A stretch of 64,000 nt of DNA, from contig OZ004607.1 in assembly GCA_963924565.1 (NCBI GenBank), positions 28,582,001-28,646,000 of the forward strand, in the 5' to 3' direction. Made by a program: the position numbers and the translations under genes. The stretch's first letter is position 1; each line of letters opens with the position of its first letter. This DNA comes from Ascidiella aspersa (taxonomy: Eukaryota). Below are positions 50,608 through 63,980 of this stretch, piece by piece. The notes beneath the pieces are model-generated. The model did no database searches, had not been told where the DNA came from, and saw nothing but the letters and a program-made list of their open reading frames with translations.

Positions 50608-52255
50608 ATTATAACAGGTTTCGTCATCTCGCCTAAAATACTTAACATTCCTGTCTTTTAAATACCAAAACATAATTAAGGTTATCAACTGTGGCTTCAG
50701 TAGTAATACATTGTGAAGCTTGCTTTGCGCAATCGCCATTAAACTGTTGCGATTTTGAACCGTTATTTAATCTCTCCAAACCGTTCATATTTAAAATAAA
50801 AAAAATCAATGAAAGATGAAAGAGGTAGCCTATATTTAGCTAAATCGATGTGTAAATACAGAAATTACTAATTTTATAAATATATAATCTGGGGCTAAAA
50901 GTTTCTACACTGTAGCTCGAACCTGAATAATCCAAACAGCTATTCTACGCCACTTAACCAATTTGAAACGATTAAGCAACACTTCTTTTTGGCTATAGTA
51001 GGCTACACCACACTTATATACGCCTGTTGATTTTGTCTGTGTTTTTTTACTTGATGAGTCGTAATTAAACCATAAGAAATCGTACGCTAAGCCTCTTGAT
51101 TTTTAGACAGGGTTTTTTTCGTTTTAGAAAGCTATAGTTAAACAACCAAGGTAGGCGCAGACTACTGTATTCCTCACAATGTCACCGTTGCGGATCCAGT
51201 TTATTGACAAAGGCGCATCGATTCAGCTGATTACAACCGACCCAAATTAAAACGTCGATTCATGTCGAGGTCGCCTGGCCTTCTTGAGCCGGTTTGTTGT
51301 GGTAGCAAGCAGCCTTTTCAAACAAGTGTTTTTTGAAATAAGTTAAGTCCAAGTCGAATCTTTTGCAAACAATAACGAGAGCAAGACAATTAACTTCAAG
51401 TCAAGTCATTGACAGCAAATAAACGTTAAACTAATAACAATTAAATGAGTAACTCAACCAAGCAATATTCAATACCTCAACCAAGCAATATTCAGCAAGT
51501 AAATTGTTTTACGTGCAAAAATTAAGATAAATAACACAATTCTATGTAAAAAGTTTAATGAAAACACTTAATTTTAAGCCAAGTTATTCGACATAATCAT
51601 TTAATTCCGAGTGAAGTCAGGTTTTCAAAACACTTCAAGCCAAGTCACTTTACTATTAGGTCCCCCATTTTTGGAGAATAATTTTCAATTAAAATACTTT
51701 TCTCAGCTCAAAACAATGTTTATTTTATTAACAATGTTTCAGAAAACTTACCGTCAAAAAGTTGTATTTGGTAAGACTAAAAATATGCTTAGTTTAGTGT
51801 TCGAAACAAGTATAGGTATAGTCAAAAAATTAACGTAATAAACGAAGATGCTGCACAAAAAGTCCTGAATAAAACAATAGGCCTACCAATTTTACCATAG
51901 TGAATAACATACATATTTTACAAAACAATCTAGCAATACGAAGGCCTTCTTGTTCTTGAATGTAGTGCATTGCTTTTACCGACCATTGTTCAGCCATGTT
52001 GTTCAGCCAAGTCTTGAAAAAGTTGATTTGAATAAGGGTTAAAAGATGGTAAAGAATTGCCTTAACAATTGCACCCTTCTGGTTCTAGTGAGCTGACTGA
52101 TTATACAAAAAAAGCAGTGTTCGGCACACAAAACCTAAATGAAACATATAAACTTTGCACTACGCCAAAAAATATACCATCTTTTAGTAATTTGCAAAGT
52201 TATGTCGTATTCGGGCGAGGTTGTTGGACCAAATCAAGAATAACGTGCTTTAAGC

Positions 52256-53164
52256 CAGGGTTTCCCGAACTGTGGTCCGCGGACCATTGGTGGTCCACGA
52301 CTTCTGCACAGGTGTTCCGTGATTAAAAAGTCACACATATACTAGGGCTACCATATTTTCAGCACCCAAAAAGAGGACATTGTTTTGCCGGCAAGTACAA
52401 CGAAAGCAGAATTGTTACGTTTGAGTTTCATGATGTTTTACATAATTCAGACTCAGCCCTTGTATACTTTGCGGTCCCTTTAACATTTGCCAATAAGGAA
52501 TGATAATTTTTTAACGAGATTGTGAAATTTTTTATACGAAATATAATTGAAATTATATACAACCGCCAAGATGCTCGAAACTGATCCAACTAGTAGGCTG
52601 TCTCTTTCTTTTGCGGCTGGATCAGAGAAAAAAATGTTTTTTTTGGCGTAATGTTTGCAACAACAAAATGCTAAACAAGAGGACATTTCAGCATTTTTAG
52701 CGTCCTCGGAGGACCGTTCACTTCTTTTGAGAAAATAGGACAAATCCTCCTAAAAAAGGACATATGGTAGGCCTGACATATACCTTGTAAACCACGTACC
52801 CTTTCAAAGATAATTGCCGCAGCTATTCACAACTTTGATTTCGAAAGCTTCTGCTATCCAGTATCGTAAATCTTACTTGTTGCGCCTTCGTTTTAGTCCA
52901 AAAGTTGTTTTCTATGACGTAATAATATATTCTTATCGCCATTCGAAAAAATACGGGTCCGTGGACTCCGACTTACGAGTTTCTTTCTCAAATAACTCAG
53001 AGAATTGAGGATTTATGCAGAAAGAAGCAATCGCATCCGTCCTATTGATGTTGCAGTTTTTTAAATAAATAAAATTCGTTTTTTTTTTGCTTTTGTATTG
53101 CGGTCCTCGAAAAAACAGATTCACAAATAGTGGTCCATGGTCCAAAAAAGTTTGGGAAACCCTG
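52256..53164. mobile_element. Non-autonomous hAT-type MITE
   Basis: TIRs CAGGGTTTCCCGAACT / AGTTTGGGAAACCCTG; 8-bp TSD CTTTAAGC / CTTTAGGC; subterminal GGTCC motifs. Confidence 0.85.
52343..52775. mobile_element. Second hAT-type MITE (Blackjack-like termini) nested in the previous one
   Basis: TIRs TAGGGCTACCATA / TATGGTAGGCCTG; perfect 8-bp TSD ACATATAC on both sides; repeated AGGACA motifs. Confidence 0.85.
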
Positions 53165-54107
53165 CTTTAGGCTACATGTATATAAAACAGTTTTACAATA
53201 AAATTAGTGAAGAATGAGCTTCTGTTTTTATAGCAGCATACAAAGCAAAGCCCTTAAATGTAAACGGACGAGCTTACTTGATTATCTTTGTAGGATAAAT
53301 CTTAGCAAAGTTGCCTCAATTGGCATGCTGCGCGTTTATTTTTTCAGTGTCACGAGTGCGCTACACAAATCCAATAAATGACCCACGTTTGCGGCGTGCA
53401 ATTAGCGTGCGAGACACGGAAATTTGTCCTGTTTGATTTAGTTTTGCCTTGACCAGGGCAACCAACTTTTAGCAAGTTTAAGAGTAGCTCGCAACGAAAC
53501 CTTTTACATTTGCTTGGATTCTGACAGCGCTTGTAAGCGGTTTTGAGGTAAGAAATTATTTATTAAATACTAATTTTTTTTCAAAATATATCGAGATCCA
53601 ATCCAATACCAGTGACGTTATTAATGTGCTCAAACAAGCAAAATTTGATGCAATTTATGGAACATTCGTAGGCGATTTTTTACTGGTTATTGGGCTACAA
53701 TTGCATTAATGTTAAAGAGTTTGATTATTTCCTGCTATTAACCTACTAGTTTTAATAAATAAACAAAAGTAAGTCGACATAAATTGCATATTTTCGCACA
53801 AGTCACAACGTAATAACAAATTCTTTAGCTTATTTGTTTTATACCGTCAGGGTATGACGTTATATTGCGTGTATTTCAGATCCTATTTTTGACACGTCTC
53901 GCCACAACATTTTAAGTTTCTCATGCGGTCCGCGGCAAAAAAAGTTTCCCACCACTGGTCCACATGCTACGGAATACGAATCAATGCTACCACTAGCTCT
54001 AATATGTCAGTAATAAGCTAATATTTCACAAATGCCATTTTTTTAATTTTAAAAATTAATCAATTAATGGTATGAATGAAGTGATCTATATATCACTGTT
54101 TGACTTT

Positions 54108-57100
54108 TTAGTCCGGCGTTGATTTCGTCAAGGAAGCAATCTCTAATTCTTGCGTTTTCTCATTTTTGTCAGTATAATGGAGATTCAAAGAAGATGTTTT
54201 GCTGTTGTCAAATGTTGATAGACTCTTTTCTGGAACCCCCAAACGGAAGAATTGTCGAAATTTCTCAGGAAAAGCATTGTTGTCGAAAATCGGCGAAAAG
54301 AGCTTTGCGTCGAGATTCTTTGGATTTTGGGCTCCTACACATATGGCAAAAATAAAGTAAGTTTTTTTAAGTTGTTGATCAAGTGTTTTGCTGCTGTCAA
54401 ACGATTCATAAATAATATTACCTAAACAAACATATTTAAAAAAAGTAAAAACTTTAAAACATTTCGACGAAAAATAGCAATTTTAAAAATTCCCGGCTTT
54501 CATGATTTTTAATGAAATATCGCAATCCGATATTCCATTAAATATCTGAAATCAGAAATCCCCTATAATACAATGTTGTACGTTGTTATTTGTTGTACGT
54601 TTTAAGGATGTAAGAGCCCTATAGCATGGTTGAAGTCGCTTGTTTCAAGAAAAGTCATATCGGCCTGTTCCTTATAATCAAGGTGAATTGTTTTTTTTTT
54701 GGCCAAAGGGGTCGAACGCTAATACTTTTAACAGCAACTCACAATAAGATATATAAAGCTACGGAATCCAAAAATAAATTTTGTATATACCTTAGTAGCT
54801 TAGTTCTAAGACAAACGACATAATGAAGCGTAATACGCAGTAAAATCTCCCACGCCTACGAATTAAAACGTAAAATCGTCGGAACAAGACGCAAACCTGT
54901 CAGAATAAGCAGCAAATTTGATAGATGGATAAATTAAAATTATAACTTTGGTTAGGTTTAAAATTATAAGGTGAATAGGGCTGAAGTTAGGGGTATTTTT
55001 TGGAATAAGTAAAAGGCCATTTAGACTTTATTCTGACCGATATGGTCTGATTCCGAATCATATTTTTTCCTACTATTAGGTATTAGTCCTATTTTGGCCT
55101 CATATTTAACTGTGTGTTATTCCGACCTTGATATTGTTCTAGTTTCGGTCTTATTACTGAAGTTTGTCTTAGCCGACCCCCTTATGACCAAACAAGAGAG
55201 AAAATTATAGTGCGATGCATCGAACAGGAAAAAAACACATGTAGCTACCGTTTTGAAGATTTTGTAGAACTAACGAAGAGAAATGTTACTCACCGGTAAT
55301 AAACGAGACGAGTAATCCGATAACGACTGTTAGTATTAGTCCCATAGCTGCCGTGTACATCAGCGAAATTGCATAGAACGGGTTGTAGTATTTCGCAGTT
55401 GGCTGCGCCACAGTGCTAATTAAAAATACTATATTACAACGCGGTTTTTTAATCTAATATTACACAGTTTGTCTAGCATGGAAATATTTTTTGGACGACT
55501 AAGAATAGTAAAACAATATTTTGCACTTTCGAGCCTCGTATTATGTGAGATTATTCTGGTAACCGGCCAAATAAGAATTCGAATTATAGATAATTGATTC
55601 ATACCTCATATTAGCAGTCATGTAACTAGCTGGCGTAACATTCGCATTTATATTGGTGATGTTGTAGTCTAAACATCGGTCAATCGAAGTTGGCAAGACC
55701 CGTTGCGTTTCTGGGGATCTCCCGCTTAGTAATCCACCCAATCCAATCCAAACCATGATCACGGTTGAGATCAAATGACCTGCTATTGCCCCCTTCAACA
55801 CAAAATACAATAATTATATTTGTTTAATTTAAAAAGCGGGACTTATAGTTCGAAGCATTAATATCTTCAAAAGCCAAAACTTTGAACCCGAATAGAATAG
55901 GTTGAAGCTAAAATTTAAGACGAAACGTTTGAAACAAGTAAATTTTTTTACCTTTTTCATGAAAATTTTTTTCCGTTAGGTTGCCCTTGTTATAAAAAAA
56001 AATAGATGATTTATGTCGTTTTGTTGAGACTTTGAGCGACAAGGTTTTATAAAAAAAAAATCAAATAGACCTAACTATCAGGGTCTCAAGTTTTGCGACA
56101 CAGTTTTTCGCCAAACATTACCCTGTAGCTCGCTCTTCTATTGTAAACGAAGTTATAAAGGGACGTTTCGGCAGAAGATACCAGCTCACCTCATCCGGGG
56201 TAATATTTCAGACGAGAATGCGTTAGCCAGCTTATATAATCCAAAAGAAAACAAAGAATATAATAAGAATATTTCAAAGCCATACAGAAGTAGGTATCAT
56301 TTTGAACTTTTCGAATAACTTTTTATTCATGAATAATATAATGAATAAAGATAATAACTAAAGAGTTATTCGAAACGTTCAAAATAATACCTACTCCTGT
56401 ATGGTCCTTGATATTCTTTTTGCGTCTTACTATAACCTCCAACCATTACGCTCTAGATTAACTGTAGATTTAAATAAAAAATCTAGACGTCGCTGAAGTA
56501 CACGATAAGCTGTAAAGCGACGGGGTCATCCGGTGCAGAACTGCAATGTCGGACAACAAGCGTTTAGCGTTAGCTCCAACGACGACTAGATAGAACTCAC
56601 TTTCGTGTTCGTCCACGGCAAAAACACGCCGAGTGTAAAGACGCCCAGAATGGGTCCGGCGAACGCACCGCGGATCGCTATCACCATGGAGAGGACTGTG
56701 CCTGATGTAAGGGAAGCGCCGTACGCAAGAGTTGTTACCGTGACACCGAGGAGGAAAACTGTAGGCAGAAAAACTTGCCGTTGTTTTGTGGAGGTATAGA
56801 ATGGCTAAATGAAACCTGGGCGGCTTGTAGAGGTAAGACGTCCGAAACTTTTGTTGCAATAACGAGATACTTGGAAATTTTAAGAAAATGAGCGTTTACT
56901 TAATTTCTTAAAGCCATAATATTCGTTAGTACTTTTATGTTTTCAAACTTTTTGGCAACTCAAAATGGTTATTGTTCCGCTTTATATGAATTTACTATGG
57001 CTCTTTGAATGGCTTGGTAAGTTTCTGTACGAGTATGTATATTGACACCACGCGTTGCTGAACTTTAAAAAAAAACGCGGTAGTATACTATTGGATAAGA

Positions 57101-60100
57101 CACAGTTGACGTTTTTTTAACAACGCTCACTGACACGTTCTAAAAATGTTGCACGATAAGGTAAGCCAAATTGCATGGCTTACAAAATCGTTCCACAAAC
57201 ATGTTGCAATTGTGATATAGTACCGAATCCAATTGTGATATTTTGACCGAATCCGTAATAAAGCAGTCCAGTTATTTGGCCCAACCTGTGACTTTTCCAA
57301 TGGCGAGTTTCGCCACGTTGCTTAGGTTGGGGCGTCGTGGAACCACAAAGTCTTCGAGAAGCTGGGCGCTCAACGAATTTATGCCAGATGAAACCGTACT
57401 GAAGTTGCAATGCAATTGGTAAAAACTCGTTTCAAAGATGATGCGTCTTAACGTGACGTCATAAAATAAGCCATATAAGAAGAAGCTTGCGGTTCCCGGC
57501 TTACTCGTGTGCAAAATATCAATAATAACAAAGAATATGATAAAATTAATACCCCAAAAATATAGCTAAAATTATTTAAAAAAAATTGTGTTCATGCATT
57601 GAAGCAAACAAAAAGATAAGGAAATCGCTTTATGGCAGTGGTTCTCAAACTGGGGTCCGCGAGACAATTTTCTGGGAACACGAAGCACCCAACAAAAAAT
57701 CTACAACCCGACGCTCCTGAAGAAGAAAACCTCTTGTGCAAAAAAAAATTCAGGAAACTTACTTTTCCAAAGCAAGCTAATAGTTGTTCATTCACCTTAT
57801 TGTACACTTTATGTTGAATTGTCCATTGTGACTCAAAGTATTGCATTGTGCTAATGAGAGTTACGTTTTTACAGCTTGCTGCGCTGTCAGTGTCACTGTG
57901 GGCTGTACGGTCATGGTTTTAAAACTGTTCGTGATTGCTTCACACAAAAAAGTGATTCGTTAGAGGTTAACATAGCCGAGCTGATAGCATAGAAGCAAGT
58001 ACACCCATCCCATTGATAGCATATAAACAAATGTTATTTTGTGTATATTTTTAAGGGACCGTGAGCAATTTAAAAAGTTGCTGCGGGACCATTGCGCAAT
58101 TTTTCTAAAAATATTTGAGAACCATTGCTTTATGGCATTTAAAGGGATGCTTTTGACGAACAAGTTGCGAGCCATTTACTCAACAATTATGACTGCACAT
58201 CACTCATCTCACAGGCCTACCCGCGTAACCTGATAATGTGGGCCAGGATGTAATTATATTTTTTGGTTTACTACAGTAATATTTTAAAGAAGTCTTGATT
58301 GTATATTGCGCGATTTCACATAATTGCTGTAACGACTGGCAAAAATAACAAAGCGCATATAGTTGGGTAATATGTATAATAGTTGGATTGAGTGTAGAGC
58401 ATTAGTGATGAACCATTTCATCTCAAAATACTTAGATGCGGCCCCGATCAATGTTCTCACAACATATACCTCATTGTTCCGCTATACGCGGCTGCCACAA
58501 AGAATCCAGCCATTCCCGGGGTCTCTCGAAAAACAATCAGCACCAAGTAGGGCATCATCTGATCCTTTTTGCTGATTTTTCCCGAACCTAACGGATCACA
58601 ACCTTCGAAGTAAGTGTACGCCGCGCAACCGCTCAAAATCGCTATCGAATACAATAGGATTTTCGGAGGAATAGCGGCCACGGCCGCCCTGAATAAAAAA
58701 GTCCGCGTTAACGGTTAGATTTTACAAGAAATCATTCAATTCAAAACAAAGAGCCTACTTATAAATCTTAGGTGAATATTATTTAAAATCGGTTTGGTTT
58801 TTGGCGAGGAAATATAGATGAAGTAGAATTTTAAGGCAGCATCAAAAACAAAAAAACTATATCTTATACAAATGATTGCAACTTTGATTACTGCGCCACG
58901 TTCAAATATATCACAGGCAAACAGACTTTAGTTTAATCTTCTACCTGCATTGGGGGGAAAGTTACTTACTTCCTGGCACCGTCGACAGTTTTGCAAGACA
59001 GATAGCGCTGGTAGATCGACTGGTTTGTACAAGCATTTTGGCACATTTTGATGCTCCCTCCCACAAAAAGTGTCCAAAAGGTGCTCCGAATGGTCGGGTC
59101 GGGATTAAAACTGAATGCAAAATTTTCAGTTTGTGTATCTATGTACTTCGCAAACTTTTTACACTCGATTATACAACGTACTCACTCAAACAAGTTGTTT
59201 CTCCCTCCGCGTTCAACGGCTTTAAACACCTCACCCAAACCTCCAACCACAATAATCGCCTTTACCAAAGCTGCCAAGGCACCAAACAGCATTATGCCTG
59301 CTTGGGCCACGTCCGTCCAAACGACCGCTTTCATACCACCCTGCAACATTGGATCATCGTCGAACCCAGGGGGCACAGGGGCCATGCCCCCAAAAAATAG
59401 AAATATTGTCTCTTACGTCACAAACTTTTTTTTTAGTTTGTTACCTCTATTAATGTAGTTTTACTCCTTTTTAGTCATTTTGTTTTTAAATCTTTGAATG
59501 ATTTTGGAGTATTGCGTTAGGACTCAGATGCTGCTCGAAAAAGTTTGCTAGCATATTTATTTGTGTTCGATACGGCTGTTTATACAATGTAAAAAGCTAA
59601 ACAAAAAAGTTCAAACCCCACCTCCAGAAAAAATCTTCGGCTGGCTACGCCACTGGTCGAACCCACACATTTTAAAACGTTACAAACGCAAATGCATATA
59701 TCACTTCAAAAAACATATTAAACGACCTAAAATGAAAACTGACTTACAAATGTTGTGTACAATGTACATATGCCACTGGTCAACAGGATGCTCCATTGCA
59801 TTGAAATTGGCGTCACGGCACTTAAAGCAATAGCAGGAACGTACACCGTGATTCCCATGTAAAAAAGCTAAAAAATGTAAATCTGGCATAAAGCGAGTCA
59901 GTCAAATAGGCAAATACACAACACTTTGCCTCTTCTGGTCGATCACAATAAGCTGTGTTTACTTTCAAGTGAATAAGTTAATGAACGTTTTTTACATTTG
60001 ACGAAATCTTGTTGAAAATAAAATTTTGTGATACCAAGCTTGGAGAAATGTGTGTGGTTAATCAGGTACAAACAGTCATTTACAGCTGTCCCACATAAAC

Positions 60101-61410
60101 AGTTATAGTTAAATACTGTATAAAAAAATTCAAACACTATAGTAAATCCCTGTCCTTTACATACCATCGATACGAATTCGCTTGCGGACACCAACCGACG
60201 TAAAACCGGGTTAAACCGCAACTCCAAATACTATTTGGCAAAGACAAACAAATATTAAAATAACATTACGTTTCCACCCGACGTAGTACGTAAAGATACA
60301 CTCTCTTTAAGAAACATATACAAGAAACACTTTGCTATAGGTGTAATTATTTTGATTTTGGATGGATAAAAGCAAAGTCTATGTTTGCCAAACTGTATTG
60401 CCTCTTCACACCTGATATATAGTGGTAAGTTGCAGTTTGTGCATCAGCGGAATGTAGTAGATGCACGAAACTGTCGTTGCCACCGTTAGGGTTACCGCGT
60501 TCCACAATGTCACGAGCCCGTAGACGTACATTTCGGTCGGAACCGCGATCACTGTTAACGCTGATATGAAAGTCACCGCCATGGAAATTCCAAGCGGAAT
60601 CTAGGAAAACATTTTAACGTGCAAATTGTATAGGGCCTACAAGCATGTCGCATCGTCTTTATCAATTTCAGTCATATTATAGAATAAAGAAGATACAAAA
60701 GTGAATATTTTCACCAGAATAATTGAATCGACAGTCTCTTTTTTGAAATAAAATCCTAATAGTCGCCTACTCGATGAAACAAAAAAAAAACATTGTTGAT
60801 AATCTTATTGTGTCTTGTATTTATTATTTATAGGCCCCCTTTTCCCCTTTTATATACGTCTAATCATTCTCCATTTATATACAGTAAAACATTTCCTTGT
60901 AGTTTTAAGCATTTTACCGGGTGCATCACTTTTCCTCCATAGTAATAGTTTTCTGTGTTCTTGACTTTACGATCCTTAACAGCAAAGTAGACCCCGATTA
61001 GTCCAGAAAGGACCAAAGTACCTGAGTAAAATTGTTAAACAATATTTGAAATAACATATTATGTGCACCATGGCCTTTGGGTGTTTTTACCACGATTTAA
61101 TGAAAGTCTATCTATTTTGTTAACTTTAACAAAATTTATCGGCTTTAATGTTAGCTTTATTTTCGAGTAACGATTTTTTTTTTAAGTTGCCAGACAGAAT
61201 TGAGAAAGCTTATAAAAATCAACTTTCTTAATTCTATCTTGCAATATACTTCAAAAATCTTTACTCGAAATAGACGTATAAAGTTATTACACGATATTTG
61301 TCAGTTCAATTAACTATATGACAACGTATTGATCTCTTTTTTTACAACATACCTACGAAAACAATGACATCAGCAATACCAAAATATTTTCTTTCAATGT
61401 TTTCTTCCAT
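54108..61410 (-). CDS. Sodium:solute symporter, SLC5A8/SLC5A12 (SMCT)-like within the SLC5A5/6/8/12 clade, 619 aa
   Basis: 13 exons (-): 61410-61353, 61021-60918, 60600-60412, 60230-60165, 59867-59748, 59340-59186, 59110-58970, 58688-58470, 57398-57286, 56758-56601, 55792-55605, 55415-55294, 54334-54108; all phases are compatible. Motifs YLELRFN, GGMKAVVWTDV, FNPDPTIRSTFWT, NQSIYQRYLSC, CDPL...DQMMPYLV, SGTMSTVSSGINS. Confidence 0.93.
54950..55159 (-). repeat. Fragment of the same repeat family as 42194-43898
   Basis: Ends TTTCGGTCTTATTACTG (17-bp exact inverted match to 42194-42210) with further patchy similarity. Confidence 0.5.
56265..56418. repeat. Fold-back inverted repeat (about 60-bp arms), MITE-like
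   Basis: CCATACAGAAGTAGGTATCATTTTGAACTTTTCGAATAACT pairs with AGTTATTCGAAACGTTCAAAATAATACCTACTCCTGTATGG. Confidence 0.75.
57636..58127. mobile_element. hAT-type MITE in an SLC5A intron
   Basis: TIRs CAGTGGTTCTCAAA / TTTGAGAACCATTG; perfect 8-bp TSD CTTTATGG. Confidence 0.88.
59367..59655. mobile_element. hAT-type MITE (CAGTGGCGTAGCCAG end) in an SLC5A intron
   Basis: Right end CTGGCTACGCCACTG; left end CAGGGGGCACAGGGGCCATGCCCCC (TIR partly lost); perfect 8-bp flanking repeat GTCGAACC. Confidence 0.7.
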
Positions 61411-62085
61411 ATTGTGTATTCCTGTATTTCAGTGTTTTCAGGCTTTTACAATCATCTTTTTTACCGCTAAAGCCTGCTGATCAACAAAAAATAGCAAGAC
61501 CAATGTTTTTGCATAGTAACTAAAAGTATTTTTTAAGTCGGCTTTTGACTAATTTAATTTTTACAAAAATGGGTTTTGGCGCTTCTTGTACGTTTTATTG
61601 TTGAACAATTTTTTTGCAAAGCAAGTTTAGAAAAATGGACGGAATAAGGGTCAGTTGAACGACGTGGACACATGTCAACTAATAGATAAACCTGCTTGAG
61701 ATGTGTACATCCTGTGTTAGTCAATATAAAAATGTGTAAAGCAAAACCACCGCATAGAATTTCGCACGTTGGCAACGAGAAACACCATGTAAAATTATTT
61801 GCATAAAATTGGACGAAATATAGTTTCAAAATGCATTGAGGTTACTTGTGTATGTTGCGAAATACACCTACATAGCTTTCGTCACTAATCCATTCTTGCT
61901 AGTGTAGACTTTATAGCCTAACCCACTAATTTGTTTGAATACGTTGGTTAGTTTAAAACTGAGCAAATTACTTGGAGAATACATTGTTTGTCAGAAGAAA
62001 CCACAACTTGTATTCGCGGAATTAGGTTTAAATAAATTTTGATGTGCATAATTTCTTTCGGAACTTGTTTCGTCAATAAAAATAG

Positions 62086-63980
62086 TTAAAATTCCATAAG
62101 TTTATCATTTTGTTCTTCTTCTTTCTGAACTTCAGACGAAATATTTTCGTGGATTTTCTTAACGCTTGACTTGCTCTGCAGTGGAACACCAAAGCGAAAA
62201 AATGTCTTAACTTTATCCGGGAGTCTTTTGTTGTCGATGATGGGAGTAAACAGTTTTGGATCAAGATTTTTTGGATCGTTTGCTCCTGCATATAAAGTAA
62301 TATAAGTGTACATGGTACCTATACGGTGTCAGTAAAATTCTCACTTCTTTGTTATCTTTGTACCATAAAATTCAAAATGCAGTTTGTTTCAATACCTGTC
62401 CAATTTGAGCTAGCGTTAAGTACAGGCTTCTCTTGTCGGCCATACTTTGTTTAAAGAAACATGAAAACAATATGGGACAATGACCCTCACATAATATGGT
62501 TATTTTTTCTGCGGTCATTGGTGTCAGTGGTTTTGTAAAAAGTTAATAAATAGTGAGTTGAATCAGTAGACAATTTATGCAGTCACATATAGTTACTGCA
62601 ATACTTGGCATAATGAGAACTCACAGTTAAGGGTATTTGCGAAAACATTAGCTTGATTTTACAATCTATATTGCGCAAATGTTAAGCCGATTTAGCCTCA
62701 AAAAGATTTATGGCAGGTATTCCACTCTAAAAAACAAATTGAATATACCAGTCTTATCTAACTTGATACGTTGTACTCCTTACGGTTGAGATTTACAAAA
62801 CCAAAAAATAACCAACCTGTAGCGAAAGACACGGCAAGACCGATAACGATCGTAAGAAAAAATCCCATTGCGGTAGTATACATCAGAGAGAGTGAGTACA
62901 TCGGGTTGTAGTATGGCTGACTTGAAGTGGCTTCAGTGCTAAACACCACAACAACCATAATACGGCTTTAAGTTAAAATTTTATACCAAATGACAGGCAT
63001 TAACTTTATACTTGGTTTCTACTATAATAGGTACATTATTTTACTGGACCGTTGCATATTGCAAGAAGACAAAAGCATTCAGTCTTAACAAGCGACGCGT
63101 ATTAACGTTATTTGCATTGTGAAGTAAAAATATCTTACCTCAAATCAATAACTTAAAAAATGTCTAACCCAAAAGGTTGTTGCATCAAGTTGGTGGAATT
63201 GTAATCAAGGCATTTATCAACCAAAGTGGGTAGAACTCCTTGAGATTCAGGGGATCTCCCGCTCAGTATTCCACCCAGACCAATCCAAATCATAATCGCT
63301 GATGACGTCAAATGACCAGTTATCGCCCCCTAATAATATTAAATGAACCACATCAGCACAAACGCATTAGAAATGGGTAAAAAATTCAGTTAAATTCCGT
63401 TCTCACGTGTGTTCCTCTTGACCTAGAAATATACGCCTATAGGCTATGGACTATGGTACATCACAATACTTTAAATAAAAAGGGAAGCACTAAACTGCAC
63501 CTAAACTTCGCAAAAAACCTGGTTATTTTTAAGCGGAAGTTTTTTGTACCTGCCTGCCACATTTCCCAAATTTTACACGTTTTTTACAAAAAAAAACACT
63601 TGAGTATTTTTAATACAAATAAACAACTTAACACCATACCTTTGCATTGGCCCAAGGAAAGAAAATACCAAGCGTGTAAATACCCAGGATTGGACCCCCG
63701 AAAGCTCCTCTCATCGTCAACACCATCGAAATCACAGTTCCGGTCATCATGGAAGCAAAATAAGCAAGCGCAGTCACAGTCAAGCCCAGACTGAAAACTT
63801 AAAAAAAAATGTTGCTTATGTTAAGCTATTAAACAATTTCAAATTTTAATATGACTAGAATTTTTACCTGATAGTTTGCCAATTACGAGCTTGGAAGTGC
63901 TACTGAGGTTAGGTCGCTTTGCAGCCACAAAATCCTCTAACAGCTGAGCGCTCAAGGCGTTGATTCCTGACGATACGGTA
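62086..63980 (-). CDS. Tandem paralogue of the SLC5A8/12-like symporter, last five exons (5' part beyond window)
   Basis: Exons (-): 63980-63868, 63797-63640, 63329-63139, 62938-62817, 62285-62086; the first four are 113/158/191/122 nt versus 113/158/188/122 in the neighbour. Shared motifs TVSSGINALSAQLLEDFV, YYNPMYSLSLMYT, GANDPKNLDPKLF. Confidence 0.9.

Noticed and set aside
50905-50965. Minus-strand tRNA-like boxes (TTGGTTAAG...GGTTCGAGC)
   Set aside because: No cloverleaf; at most a decayed SINE head.
51453-51494. Short direct repeats (CTCAACCAAGCAATATTCA x2; also GGCAGTTTGTTTAGT x2 near 10557-10598) as CRISPR-like
   Set aside because: Two copies only, no spacer array, eukaryotic context; simple local duplications.
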